64,000 nt of DNA, from contig OZ024743.1 of NCBI GenBank assembly GCA_964016885.1, forward strand, positions 297,352,001 through 297,416,000. Reading direction: 5' to 3'. Position numbers and translations under genes: made by a program. Positions within the stretch are counted from its first letter, which is position 1; the number at the start of each line of letters is the position of its first letter. This document shows, piece by piece, positions 12,921-25,900 of the stretch. Source of the stretch: Eledone cirrhosa. Lineage: Eukaryota. The notes beneath the pieces are model-generated. The model had not been told where the DNA came from. It saw only the letters and a program-made list of their open reading frames with translations, and made no database searches.

Positions 12921-15900
12921 GATGTATGTAAGAGTTAGGAGAGGAGATACCGGTGACGTATTTAAGTGTTAGGAGAGGAGATATCAGTGACGTATGTAAG
13001 TGTTACGAGAGGAGATACCAGTGACGTATGTAAGAGTAAGGGGAGGAGATACCAGTGCCGTATGTAAGAGCTAGGGGAGGAGATACCAGTGACGTATGTA
13101 AGAGCTAGGGGAGGAGATACCAGTGACGTATGTAAGAGTTAGGAGAGGAGATACCAGTGACGTATGTAAGAGTTAGGGGAGGAGATACCAGTGACGTATG
13201 TAAGAGTTAGGAGAGGAGATACCAGTGCCGTATGTAAGAGTTAGGGGAGGAGATACCAGTGACGTATGTAAGAGTTAAGGGAGGAGATACCAGTGACGTA
13301 TGTAAGAGTTAGGGTGGAGATACCAGTGACGTATGTAAGAGTTAGGGGAGGAGATACCAGTGACGTATGTAAGAGTTAGGAGAGGAGATACCAGTGACGT
13401 ATGTAAGAGTTAGGGGAGGAGATACCAGTGACGTATGTAAGAGTTAGGAGAGGAAATACCAGTGAAGTATGTAAGAGTTAGGGGAGGAGATACCAGTGAC
13501 GTATGTAAGAGTTAGGAGAGGAGATACCAGTGCCGTATGTAAGAGTTAGGGGAGGAGATACCAGTGACGTATGTAAGAGTTAGGAAGGAGATATCAGTGA
13601 CGTATGTCAGAGTTAGGAGGGGAGATACCAGTGACGTATGTAAGTGTTAGGAGAGGAGACACCAGTGACGTATGTAAGTGTTACGAGAGGAGATACCAGT
13701 GACGTATGTAAGTGTTATGGGAGGAGATACCAGTGACGTATGTAAGAGTTACGAGAGGAGATACCAGTGACGTATGTAAGAGTTGGGGGAGGAGATACCA
13801 GTGACGTATGTAAGTGTTATGGGAGGAGATACCAGTGACGTATGTAAGAGTTACGAGAGGAGATACCAGTGACGTCTGTAAGAGTTAGGAGAGGAGATAC
13901 CAGTGACGTATGTAAGAGTTAGGAGAGGAGATTCCAGTGACGTACGTAAGAGTTAGGAGAGGAGATACCAGTGACGTATGGAAGAGTTAGGAAGGAGATA
14001 TCAGTGACGTATGTAAGAGTTAGGAGAGGATATACCAGTGACGTATGGAAGAGTTAGGAAGGAGATATCAGTGACGTATGTAAGAGTTAGAAGAGGAGAT
14101 ACCAGTGACGTATGTAAGAGTTAAAAGAGGAGATACCAGTGACGTATGTAAGAGTTAGAAGAGGAGATACCAGTGACGTATGTAAGTGTTACGAGAGGAG
14201 ATACCAGTGACGTATGTAAGAGTTACGAGAGGAGATACCAGTGACGTATGTAAGTGTTATGAGAGGAGATATCAGTGACGTATGTAAGATTTAGGAGAGG
14301 AGATACCAGTGACGTATGTAAGAGTTAGGAGAGGAGATACCAGTGACGTATGTAAGAGTTAGTAGAGGAGATACCAGTGACGTATGTAAGTGTTATGAGA
14401 GGAGATATCAGTGACGTATGTAAGAGTTAGGAGAGGAGATACCAGTGACGTATGTAAGAGTTAGGAGAGGAGATACCAGTGATGTATGTAAGAGTTAGGA
14501 GAGGAGATACCAGTGACGTATGTAAGAGTTAGGAGAGGAGATACCAGTGACGTATGGAAGAGTTAGGAAGGAGATATCAGTGACGTATGTAAGAGTTAGC
14601 AAGGAGATACCAGTGACGTATGTAAGAGTTAGGGGAGGAGATACCAGTGACGTATGTAAGAGTTAGGAGAGGAGATACCAGTGACGTATGTAAGAGATAG
14701 GAGAGGAGATACCAGTGACGTATGGAAGAGTTAGGAAGGAGATGTCAGTGACGTATGTAAGAGTTAGGAGAGGAGATACCAGTGACGTATGTAAGAGTTA
14801 GGAGAGGAGATACCACTGACGTATGTAAGAGTTAGGAGAGGAGATACCAGTGACGTTTGTAAGAGTTAGGAGAGGAGATACCAGTGACGTATGTAAGAGT
14901 TAGGAGAGGAGATACCAGTGACGTATTTAAGAGTTAGGAAGGAGATATCAGTGTCGTATGTAAAGGTTAGGAGAGGAGATACCAGTGACGTATGTAAGAG
15001 TTAGGAGAGCAGATACCAGTAACGTATGTAAGAGTTAGGAGAGGAGATACAAGTGATGTATGTAAGAGTTAGGAGAGGAGATACCGGTGACGTATTTAAG
15101 TGTTAGGAGAGGAGATATCAGTGACGTATGTAAGTGTTACGAGAGGAGATACCAGTGACGTATGTAAGAGTAAGGGGAGGAGATACCAGTGCCGTATGTA
15201 AGAGCTAGGGGAGGAGATACCAGTGACGTATGTAAGAGCTAGGGGAGGAGATACCAGTGACGTATGTAAGAGTTAGGAGAGGAGATACCAGTGACGTATG
15301 TAAGAGTTAGGGGAGGAGATACCAGTGACGTATGTAAGAGTTAGGAGAGGAGATACCAGTGCCGTATGTAAGAGTTAGGGGAGGAGATACCAGTGACGTA
15401 TGTAAGAGTTAAGGGTGGAGATACCAGTGCCGTATGTAAGAGTTAGGGTGGAGATACCAGTGACGTATGTAAGAGTTAGGGGAGGAGATACCAGTGACGT
15501 ATGTAAGAGTTAGGAGAGGAGATACCAGTGACGTATGTAAGAGTTAGGGGAGGAGATACCAGTGACGTATGTAAGAGTTAGGAGAGGAAATACCAGTGAC
15601 GTATGTAAGAGTTAGGGGAGGAGATACCAGTGACGTATGTAAGTGTTACGAGAGGAGATACCAGTGACGTATGTAAGAGTAAGGGGAGGAGATACCAGTG
15701 CCGTATGTAAGAGCTAGGGGAGGAGATACCAGTGACGTATGTAAGTGTTAGGAGAGGAGACACCAGTGACGTATGTAAGTGTTACGAGAGGAGATACCAG
15801 TGACGTATGTAAGTGTTATGGGAGGAGATACCAGTGACGTATGTAAGAGTTACGAGAGGAGATACCAGTGACGTATGTAAGAGTTAGGAGAGGAGATACC

Positions 15901-17039
15901 AGTGACGTATGTAAGAGTTAGGAGAGGAGATACCAGTGACGTATGTAAGAGTTAGGAGAGGAGATACAAGTGATGTATGTAAGAGTTAGGAGAGGAGATA
16001 CCGGTGACGTATTTAAGTATTAGGAGAGGAGATATCAGTGACGTATGTAAGTGTTACGAGAGGAGATACCAGTGACGTATGTAAGAGTAAGGGGAGGAGA
16101 TACCAGTGCCGTATGTAAGAGCTAGGGGAGGAGATACCAGTGACGTATGTAAGAGCTAGGGGAGGAGATACCAGTGACGTATGTAAGAGTTAGGAGAGGA
16201 GATACCAGTGACGTATGTAAGAGTTAGGGGAGGAGATACCAGTGACGTATGTAAGAGTTAGGAGAGGAGATACCAGTGCCGTATGTAAGAGTTAGGGGAG
16301 GAGATACCAGTGACGTATGTAAGAGTTAAGGGAGGAGATACCAGTGCCGTATGTAAGAGTTAGGGTGGAGATACCAGTGACGTATGTAAGAGTTAGGGGA
16401 GGAGATATCAGTGACGTATGTAAGAGTTAGGAGAGGAGATACCAGTGACGTATGTAAGAGTTAGGGGAGGAGATACCAGTGACGTATGTAAGAGTTAGGA
16501 AGGAGATATCAGTGACGTATGTCAGAGTTAGGAGGGGAGATACCAGTGACGTATGTAAGTGTTAGGAGAGGAGACACCAGTGACGTATGTAAGTGTTAGG
16601 AGAGGAGATACCAGTGACGTATGTAAGTGTTATGGGAGGAGATACCAGTGACGTATGTAAGAGTTACGAGAGGAGATACCAGTGTCGTATGTAAGAGTTA
16701 GGAGAGGAGATACCAGTGACGTATGTAAGAGTTAGGAGAGGAGATACCAGTGACGTATGTAAGAGTTAGGGGAGGAGATACCAGTGACGTATGTAAGTGT
16801 TATGGGAGGAGATACCAGTGACGTATGTAAGAGTTACGAGAGGAGATACCAGTGACGTCTGTAAGAGTTAGGAGAGGAGATACCAGTGACGTATGTAAGA
16901 GTTAGGAGAGGAGATTCCAGTGACGTACGTAAGAGTTAGGAGAGGAGATACCAGTGACGTATGGAAGAGTTAGGAAGGAGATATCAGTGACGTATGTAAG
17001 AGTTAGGAGAGGATATACCAGTGACGTATGGAAGAGTTA

Positions 17040-19370
17040 GGAAGGAGATATCAGTGACGTATGTAAGAGTTAGAAGAGGAGATACCAGTGACGTATGTAA
17101 GAGTTAAAAGAGGAGATACCAGTGACGTATGTAAGAGTTAGAAGAGGAGATACCAGTGACGTATGTAAGTGTTACGAGAGGAGATACCAGTGACGTATGT
17201 AAGAGTTACGAGAGGAGATACCAGTGACGTATGTAAGTGTTATGAGAGGAGATATCAGTGACGTATGTAAGATTTAGGAGAGGAGATACCAGTGACGTAT
17301 GTAAGAGTTAGGAGAGGAGATACCAGTGACGTATGTAAGAGTTAGGAGAGGAGATACCAGTGACGTATGTAAGAGTTAGGAAAGGAGATACCAGTGACGT
17401 ATGGAAGAGTTAGGAAGGAGAAATCAGTGACGTATGTAAGAGTTAGCAAGGAGATACCAGTGACGTATGTAAGAGTTAGGGGAGGAGATACCAGTGACGT
17501 ATGTAAGAGTTAGGAGAGGAGATACCAGTGACGTATGGAAGAGTTAGGAAGGAGATATCAGTGACGTATGTAAGAGTTAGGAGAGGAGATACCAGTGACG
17601 TATGTAAGAGTTAGGAGAGGAGATACCAGTGACGTATGTAAGAGTTAGGAGAGGAGATACCAGTGACGTTTGTAAGAGTTAGGAGAGGAGATACCAGTGA
17701 CGTATGTAAGAGTTAGGAGAGGAGATACCAGTGACGTATGTAAGAGTTAGGAAGGAGATATCAGTGACGTATGTAAGAGTTAGGAGAGGAGATACCAGTG
17801 ACGTATGTAAGAGTTCGGAGAGGAGATACCAGTGACGTATGTAAGAGTTAGGAGAGGAGATACCAGTGACGTATGTAAGAGTTAGGAGAGGAGATACCAG
17901 TGACGTATGTAAGAATTAGGAGAGGAGATACCAGTGACGTATGTAAGTGTTAGGGGAAGAGATACCAGTGACGTATGTAAGAGTTACGATAGGAGACACC
18001 GGTGACGTATGTAAGTGTTAGGGGAGGAGATACCAGCGACGTATGTAAGAGTTAGGAGAGGAGATACCAGTGACGTATGTAAGAGTTAGGAGAGGAGATA
18101 TCAGTGACGTATGTCAGAGTTAGGAAGGAGATACCAGTGCCGAATGTAAGTGTTACGAGAGGAGATACCAGTGACGTATGTAAGAGTTAGGGGTGGAGAT
18201 ACCAGTGACGTATGTAAGAGTTAGGAGAGGAGATACCAGTGACGTATGGAAGAGTTAGGAAGGAGATATCAGTGACGTATGTAAGAGTTAGAAGAGGAGA
18301 TACCAGTGACGTATGTAAGAGTTAAAAGAGGAGATACCAGTGACGTATGTAAGAGTTAGAAGAGGAGATACCAGTGACGTATGTAAGTGTTACGAGAGGA
18401 GATACCAGTGACGTATGTAAGAGTTACGAGAGGAGATACCAGTGACGTATGTAAGTGTTATGAGAGGAGATATCAGTGACGTATGTAAGATTTAGGAGAG
18501 GAGATACCAGTGACGTATGTAAGAGTTAGGAGAGGAGATACCAGTGACGTATGTAAGAGTTAGGAGAGGAGATACCAGTGACGTATGTAAGAGTTAGGAG
18601 AGGAGATACCAGTGACGTATGGAAGAGTTAGGAAGGAGAAATCAGTGACGTATGTAAGAGTTAGCAAGGAGATACCAGTGACGTATGTAAGAGTTAGGGG
18701 AGGAGATACCAGTGACGTATGTAAGAGTTAGGAGAGGAGATACCAGTGACGTATGGAAGAGTTAGGAAGGAGATATCAGTGACGTATGTAAGAGTTAGGA
18801 GAGGAGATACCAGTGACGTATGTAAGAGTTAGGAGAGGAGATACCAGTGACGTATGTAAGAGTTAGGAGAGGAGATACCAGTGACGTTTGTAAGAGTTAG
18901 GAGAGGAGATACCAGTGACGTATGTAAGAGTTAGGAGAGGAGATACCAGTGACGTATGTAAGAGTTAGGAAGGAGATATCAGTGACGTATGTAAGAGTTA
19001 GGAGAGGAGATACCAGTGACGTATGTAAGAGTTCGGAGAGGAGATACCAGTGACGTATGTAAGAGTTAGGAGAGGAGATACCAGTGACGTATGTAAGAGT
19101 TAGGAGAGGAGATACCAGTGACGTATGTAAGAATTAGGAGAGGAGATACCAGTGACGTATGTAAGTGTTAGGGGAAGAGATACCAGTGACGTATGTAAGA
19201 GTTACGATAGGAGATACCGGTGACGTATGTAAGTGTTAGGGGAGGAGATACCAGCGACGTATGTAAGAGTTAGGAGAGGAGATACCAGTGACGTATGTAA
19301 GAGTTAGGAGAGGAGATATCAGTGACGTATGTCAGAGTTAGGAAGGAGATACCAGTGCCGAATATAAGTG
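17040..19370 (+). repeat. Tandem duplication with 1,218-bp (36-monomer) period
   Basis: GATTTAGG at 17271/18489 and AAGAATTAGG at 17911/19129 are both 1,218 apart. GTTACGATAGG and CCAGCGAC variants are also shared. Confidence 0.9.
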
Positions 19371-22300
19371 TTACGAGAGGAGTTACCAGTGACGTATGTA
19401 AGAGCTAGGGGAGGAGATACCAGTGACGTATGTAAGAGTTAGGAGAGGAGATACGAGTGCCGTATGTAAGAGTTAGGGGTGGAGATACCAGTGACGTATG
19501 TAAGAGTTAGGAGAGGAGATACCAGTGACGTATGTAAGAGCTAGGGGAGGAGATACCAGTGACGTATGTAAGAGTTAGGAGAGGAGATACCAGTGACGTA
19601 TGTAAGAGTCAGGAGAGGAGATACCAGTGACGTATGTAAGAGTTAGGAGAGGAGATACCAGTGACGTATGTAAGAGTTACGAGAGGAGATACCAGTGACG
19701 TATGGAAGAGTTAGGAAGGAGATATCAGTGACGTATGTAAGAGTTAGCAAGGAGATACCAGTGACGTATGTAAGAGTTAGGGGAGGAGATACCAGTGACG
19801 TATGTAAGAGTTAGGAGAGGAGATACCAGTGACATATGTAAGAGTTAGGAGAGGAGATACCAGTGACGTATGGAAGAGTTAGGAAGGAGATGTCAGTGAC
19901 GTATGTAAGAGTTAGGAGAGGAGATACCAGTGACGTATGTAAGAGTTAGGAGAGGAGATACCAGTGACGTATGTAAGAGTTAGGAGAGGAGATACCAGTG
20001 ACGTTTGTAAGAGTTAGGAGAGGAGATACCAGTGACGTATGTAAGAGTTAGGAGAGGAGATACCAGTGACGTATGTAAGAGTTAGGAAGGAGATATCAGT
20101 GTCGTATGTAAAGGTTAGGAGAGGAGATACCAGTGACGTATGTAAGAGTTAGGAGAGCAGATACCAGTAACGTATGTAAGAGTTAGGAGAGGAGATACAA
20201 GTGATGTATGTAAGAGTTAGGAGAGGAGATACCGGTGACGTATTTAAGTGTTAGGAGAGGAGATATCAGTGACGTATGTAAGTGTTACGAGAGGAGATAC
20301 CAGTGACGTATGTAAGAGTAAGGGGAGGAGATACCAGTGCCGTATGTAAGAGCTAGGGGAGGAGATACCAGTGACGTATGTAAGAGCTAGGGGAGGAGAT
20401 ACCAGTGACGTATGTAAGAGTTAGGAGAGGAGATATCAGTGACGTATGTAAGTGTTACGAGAGGAGATACCAGTGACGTATGTAAGAGTTACGAGAGGAG
20501 ATACCAGTGACGTATGTAAGAGTTAGGAGAGGAGATATCAATGACGTATGTAAGAGTTAGGAGAGGAGATACCAGTGACGTATGTAAGTGTTACGAGAGG
20601 AGATATCAGTGACGTATGTAAGTGTTAGGGGAGGAGATACCAGTGACGTTTGTAAGAGTTAGGAGAGGAGATACCAGTGACGTATGTAAGAGTTAGGAAA
20701 GGAGATATCAATGACGTATGTAAGAGTTAGGAGAGGAGATACCAGTGACGTATGTAATAGTTAGGAGAGGAGATACCAGTGACGTATGTAAGTGTTACGA
20801 GAGGAGATACCAGTGACGTATGTAAGTGTTACGAGAGGAGATACCAGTGACGTAAGTAAGAGTTAGGAGAGGAGATACCAGTGACGTATGTAAGAGTTAG
20901 GAGAGGAGATACCAGTGACGTATGTAAGAGTTAGGAGAGGAGATACCAGTGACGTATGTAAGTGTTAGGAGAGGAGATACCAGTGACGTATGTAAGAGTT
21001 AGGAGAGGAGATACCAGTGACGTATGTCAGAGTTAGGAAGGAGATACCAGTGCCGTATGTAAGTGTTACGAGAGGAGATACGAGTGACGTATGTAAGAGC
21101 TAGGGGAGGAGATACCAGTGACGCATGTAAGAGTTAGGAGAGGAGATACCAGTGCCGTATGTAAGAGTTAGGGGAAGAGATACCAGTGACGTATGTAAGA
21201 GTTAGGAGAGGAGATACCAGTGACGTATGTAAGAGCTAGGGGAGGAGATACCAGTGACGTATGTAAGAGTTAGGAGAGGAGATACCAGTGACGTATGTAA
21301 GAGTTAGGAGAGGAGATACCAGTGACGTATGTAAGAGTTAGGGGAGGAGATACCAGTGACGTATGTAAGAGTTACGAGAGGAGATACCAGTGACGTATGT
21401 AAGTGTTATGAGAGGAGATATCAGTGACGTAGTAAGAGTTAGGAGAGGAGATACCAGTGAAGTATGTAAGAGTTAGGAGAGGAGATACCAGTGACGTTGT
21501 AAGAGTTAGGAGAGGAGATACCAGTGACGTATGTAAGAGTTAGGAGAGGAGATACCAGTGACGTATGTAAGAGTTAGGAGAGGAGATACCAGTGACGTAT
21601 GGAAGAGTTAGGAAGGAGATATCAGTGACGTATGTAAGAGTTAGCAAGGAGATACCAGTGACGTATGTAAGAGTTAGGGGAGGAGATACCAGTTACGTAT
21701 GTAAGAGTTAGGAGAGGAGATACCAGTGACGTATGTAAGAGTTAGGAGAGGAGATACCAGTGACGTATGGAAGAGTTAGGAAGGAGATATCAGTGACGTA
21801 TGTAAGAGTTAGGAGAGGAGATACCAGTGACGTATGTAAGAGTTACGAGAGGAGATACCAGTGACGTTTGTAAGAGTTAGGAGAGGAGATACCAGTGACG
21901 TTTGTAAGAGTTAGGAGAGGAGATACAAGTGACGTATGTATGAGTTAGGAGAGGAGATACCAGTGACGTATGTAAGAGTTAGGAAGGAGATATCAGTGAC
22001 GTATGTAAGAGTTAGGAGAGGAGATACCAGTGACGTATGTAAGAGTTCGGAGAGGAGATACCAGTGACGTATGTAAGAGTTAGGAGAGGAGATACCAGTG
22101 ACGTATGTAAGATTTAGGAGAGGAGATACCACTGACGTATGTAAGAGTTAGGAGAGGATATACCAGTGACGTATGTAACAGTTAGGAGAGGAGATACCAG
22201 TGACGTATGTAAGAGTTAGGGGAGGAGATACCAGTGACGTATATCAGAGTTAGGAGAGGAGATACCAGAGACGTATGTAAGAGTTACGAGAGGAGATACC

Positions 22301-22989
22301 AGTGACGTATGTAAGTGTTAGAGGAGGAGATACCAGTAACGTATGTAAGAGTTAGGAGAGGAGATACTAGGGACGTATGTAAGTGTTAGGAGAGGAGATA
22401 TCAGTGACGTATGTCAGAGTTAGGAGAGGAGATACCAGTGACGTATTTAAGTGTTAGGGGAGGAGATACCAGTGCCGTATGTAAGAGTTAGGAAGCAGAT
22501 ACCAGTGACGTATGTAAGAGTTACGAGAGGAGATACCAGTGACGTATGTAAGTGTTAGGGGAGGAGATACCAGTGACGTATGTAAGAGTTAGGAGAGGAG
22601 ATACTAGTAACGTACGTAAGAGTTAGGAGAGGAGATATCAGTGACGTATGTCAGAGTTAGGAGAGGGGATACCCGTGACGTATGTAAGAGTTAGGAGAGG
22701 AGATACCAGTGACGTATGTAAGAGTTAGGAGAGGAGATACCAGTGACGTATGTAAGAGTTAGGAGAGGAGATACCAGTGACGTATGTAAGTGTTAAGAGA
22801 GGAGATACCAGTGACGTATGTAAGAGTTAGGAGAGGAGATACCAGTGACGTATGTAAGAGTTAGGAGAGGAGATACCAGTGACATATGTAAGAGCTAGGA
22901 GAGGAGATACCAGTGACGTATGAAAGTGTTAGGAGAGGAGATACCAGTGACGTATGTAAGAGTTAGGAGAGGAGATACCAGTGACGTAT

Positions 22990-25900
22990 GGAAGAGTTAG
23001 GAGATACCAGTGACGTATGCAAGAGTTAGGAGAGGAGATTCCAGTGACGTATGTAAGAGTTAGGAGAGGAGATACCAGTGACGTATGTAAGAGTTAGGAG
23101 AGGAGATACCAGTGACGTATGTAAGAGTTAGGAGAGGAGATACCAGTGACGTATGGAAGAGTTAGGAAGGAGATATCAGCGACGTATGTAAGAGTTAGCA
23201 AGGAGATACCAGTGACGTATGTAAGAGTTAGGGGAGGAGATACCAGTGACGTATGTAAGCGTTAGGAGAGGAGATACCAGTGACGTATGTAAGAGTTAGG
23301 AGAGGAGATATCAGTGACGTATGTCAGAGTTAGGATAGGAGATACCAGTAACGTATTTAAGTGTTAGGGGAGGAGATACCAGTGACGTATGTAAGTGTTA
23401 GGGGAAGAGATACCAGTGACGTATGTAAGAGCTAGGGGAGGAGATACCAGTGACGTATGTAAGAGTTAGGAGAGGAGATACCAGTGACGTATGTAAGAGT
23501 TAGGAGAGGAGATACCAGTGACGTATGTAAGAGTTAGGAGAGGAGATTCCAGTGACGTATGTAAGAGTTAGGAGAGGAGATACCAGTGACGTATGTAAGA
23601 GTTAAGAGAGGAGATACCAGTGACGTATGTAAGAGTTAGGAGAGGAGATACCAGTGACGTATGTAAGAGTTAGGAGAGGAGATACCAGTGACGTATTTAA
23701 GTGTTAGGGGAGGAGATACCAGTGACGTATGTAAGTGTTAGAGGAAGAGATACCAGTGACGTATGTAAGAGCTAGGGGAGGAGATACCAGTGACGTATGT
23801 AAGAGTTAGGAGAGGAGATACCAGTGACGTATGTAAGAGTTAGGAGAGGAGATTCCAGTGACGTATGTAAGAGTTAGGAGAGGAGATACCAGTGACGTAT
23901 GTAAGAGTTAGGAGAGGAGATACCAGTGACGTATGTAAGAGTTAGGAGAGGAGATACCAGTGACGTATGGAAGAGTTAGGAAGGAGATATCAGCGACGTA
24001 TGTAAGAGTTAGCAAGGAGATACCAGTGACGTATGTAAGAGTTAGGGGAGGAGATACCAGTGACGTATGTAAGAGTTAGGAGAGGAGATACCAGTGACGT
24101 ATGTAAGAGTTAGGAGAGGAGATACCAGTGACGTATGGAAGAGTTAGGAAGGAGATATCAGTGACGTATGTAAGAGTTAGGAGAGGAGATACCATTGACG
24201 TATGTAAGAGTTAGGAGAGGAGATACCATTGACGTATGTAAGAGTTAGGAGAGGAGATACCAGTGACGTTTGTAAGAGTTAGGAGAGGAGATACCAGTGA
24301 CGTATGTATGAGTTAGGAGAGGAGATACCAGTGACGTATGTAAGAGTTATGAAGGAGATATCAGTGACGTATGTAAGAGTTAGGAGAGGAGATACCAGTG
24401 ACGTATGTAAGAGTTCGGAGAAGAGATACCAGTGACGTACGTAAGAGTTAGGAGAGGAGATACCAGTGACGTATGTAAGAGTTAGGAGAGGAGATACCAC
24501 TGACGTATGTAAGAGTTAGGAGAGGATATACCAGTGACGTATGTAACAGTTAGGAGAGGAGATACCAGTGACGTATGTAAGAGTTAGGGGAGGAGATACC
24601 AGTGACGTATGTCAGAGTTAGGAGAGGAGATACCAGTGACGTATGTAAGCGTTAGGAGAGGAGATACCAGTGACGTATGTAAGAGTTAGGAGAGGAGATA
24701 TCAGTGACGTATGTCAGAGTTAGAATAGGAGATACCAGTGACGTATTTAAGTGTTAGGGGAGGAGATACCAGTGCCGTATGTAAGTGTTAGGGGAGGAGA
24801 TACCAGTGACGTATGTAAGAGTTAGGAGAGGAGATACTAGTGACGTATGTAAGAGTTAGGAGAGGAGATATCAGTGACGTATGTCAGAGTTAGGATAGGA
24901 TATACCAGTGACGTGTGTAAGAGTTAGGGGAGGAGATACCAGTGACGTATGTAAGAGTTATGAGAGGGGATACCCGTGACGTATGTAAGAGTTAGGAGAG
25001 GAGATACCAGTGACGTATGTAAGAGTTAGGGGAGGAGATACCAGTGACGTATGTAAGAGTTTGGAGAAGAGATACCATTGACGTATGTAAGAGTTAGGAG
25101 AGGAGATATCAATGACGTATGTAAGAGTTAGGAGAGGAGATACCAGTGACGTATGTAAGTGTTACGAGAGGAGATATCAGTGACGTATGTAAGAGTTAGG
25201 AGAGGAGATACCAGTGACGTATGTAAGAGTTAGGAGAGGAGATACCAGTGACGTATGTAAGAGTTAGGAGAGGAGATACCAGTGACGTATGTAAGAGTTA
25301 GGGGAGGAGATACCAGTGACGTATGTAAGAGTTAGGAGAGGATATACCAGTGACGTATGTAAGAGTTAGGAGAGGAGATACCAGTGACGTATGTAAGAGT
25401 TAGGAAGGAGATACCAGTGCCGTATGTAAGTGTTACGAGAGGAGATACCAGTGACGTATGTAAGAGCTAGGGGAGGAGATACCAGTGACGTATGTAAGAG
25501 TTAGGAGAGGAGATACCAGTGCCGTATGTAAGAGTTAGGGGAGGAGATACCAGTGACGTATGTAAGAGTTAGGAGAGGAGATACCAGTGCCGTATGTAAG
25601 AGTTAGGGGAGGAGATACCAGTGACGTATGGAAGAGTTAGGAGATACCAGTGACGTATGCAAGAGTTAGGAGAGGAGATTCCAGTGACGTATGTAAGAGT
25701 TAGGAGAGGAGATACCAGTGACGTATGTAAGAGTTAGGAGAGGAGATACCAGTGACGTATGTAAGAGTTAGGAGAGGAGATACCAGTGACGTATGGAAGA
25801 GTTAGGAAGGAGATATCAGCGACGTATGTAAGAGTTAGCAAGGAGATACCAGTGACGTATGTAAGAGTTAGGGGAGGAGATACCAGTGACGTATGTCAGA

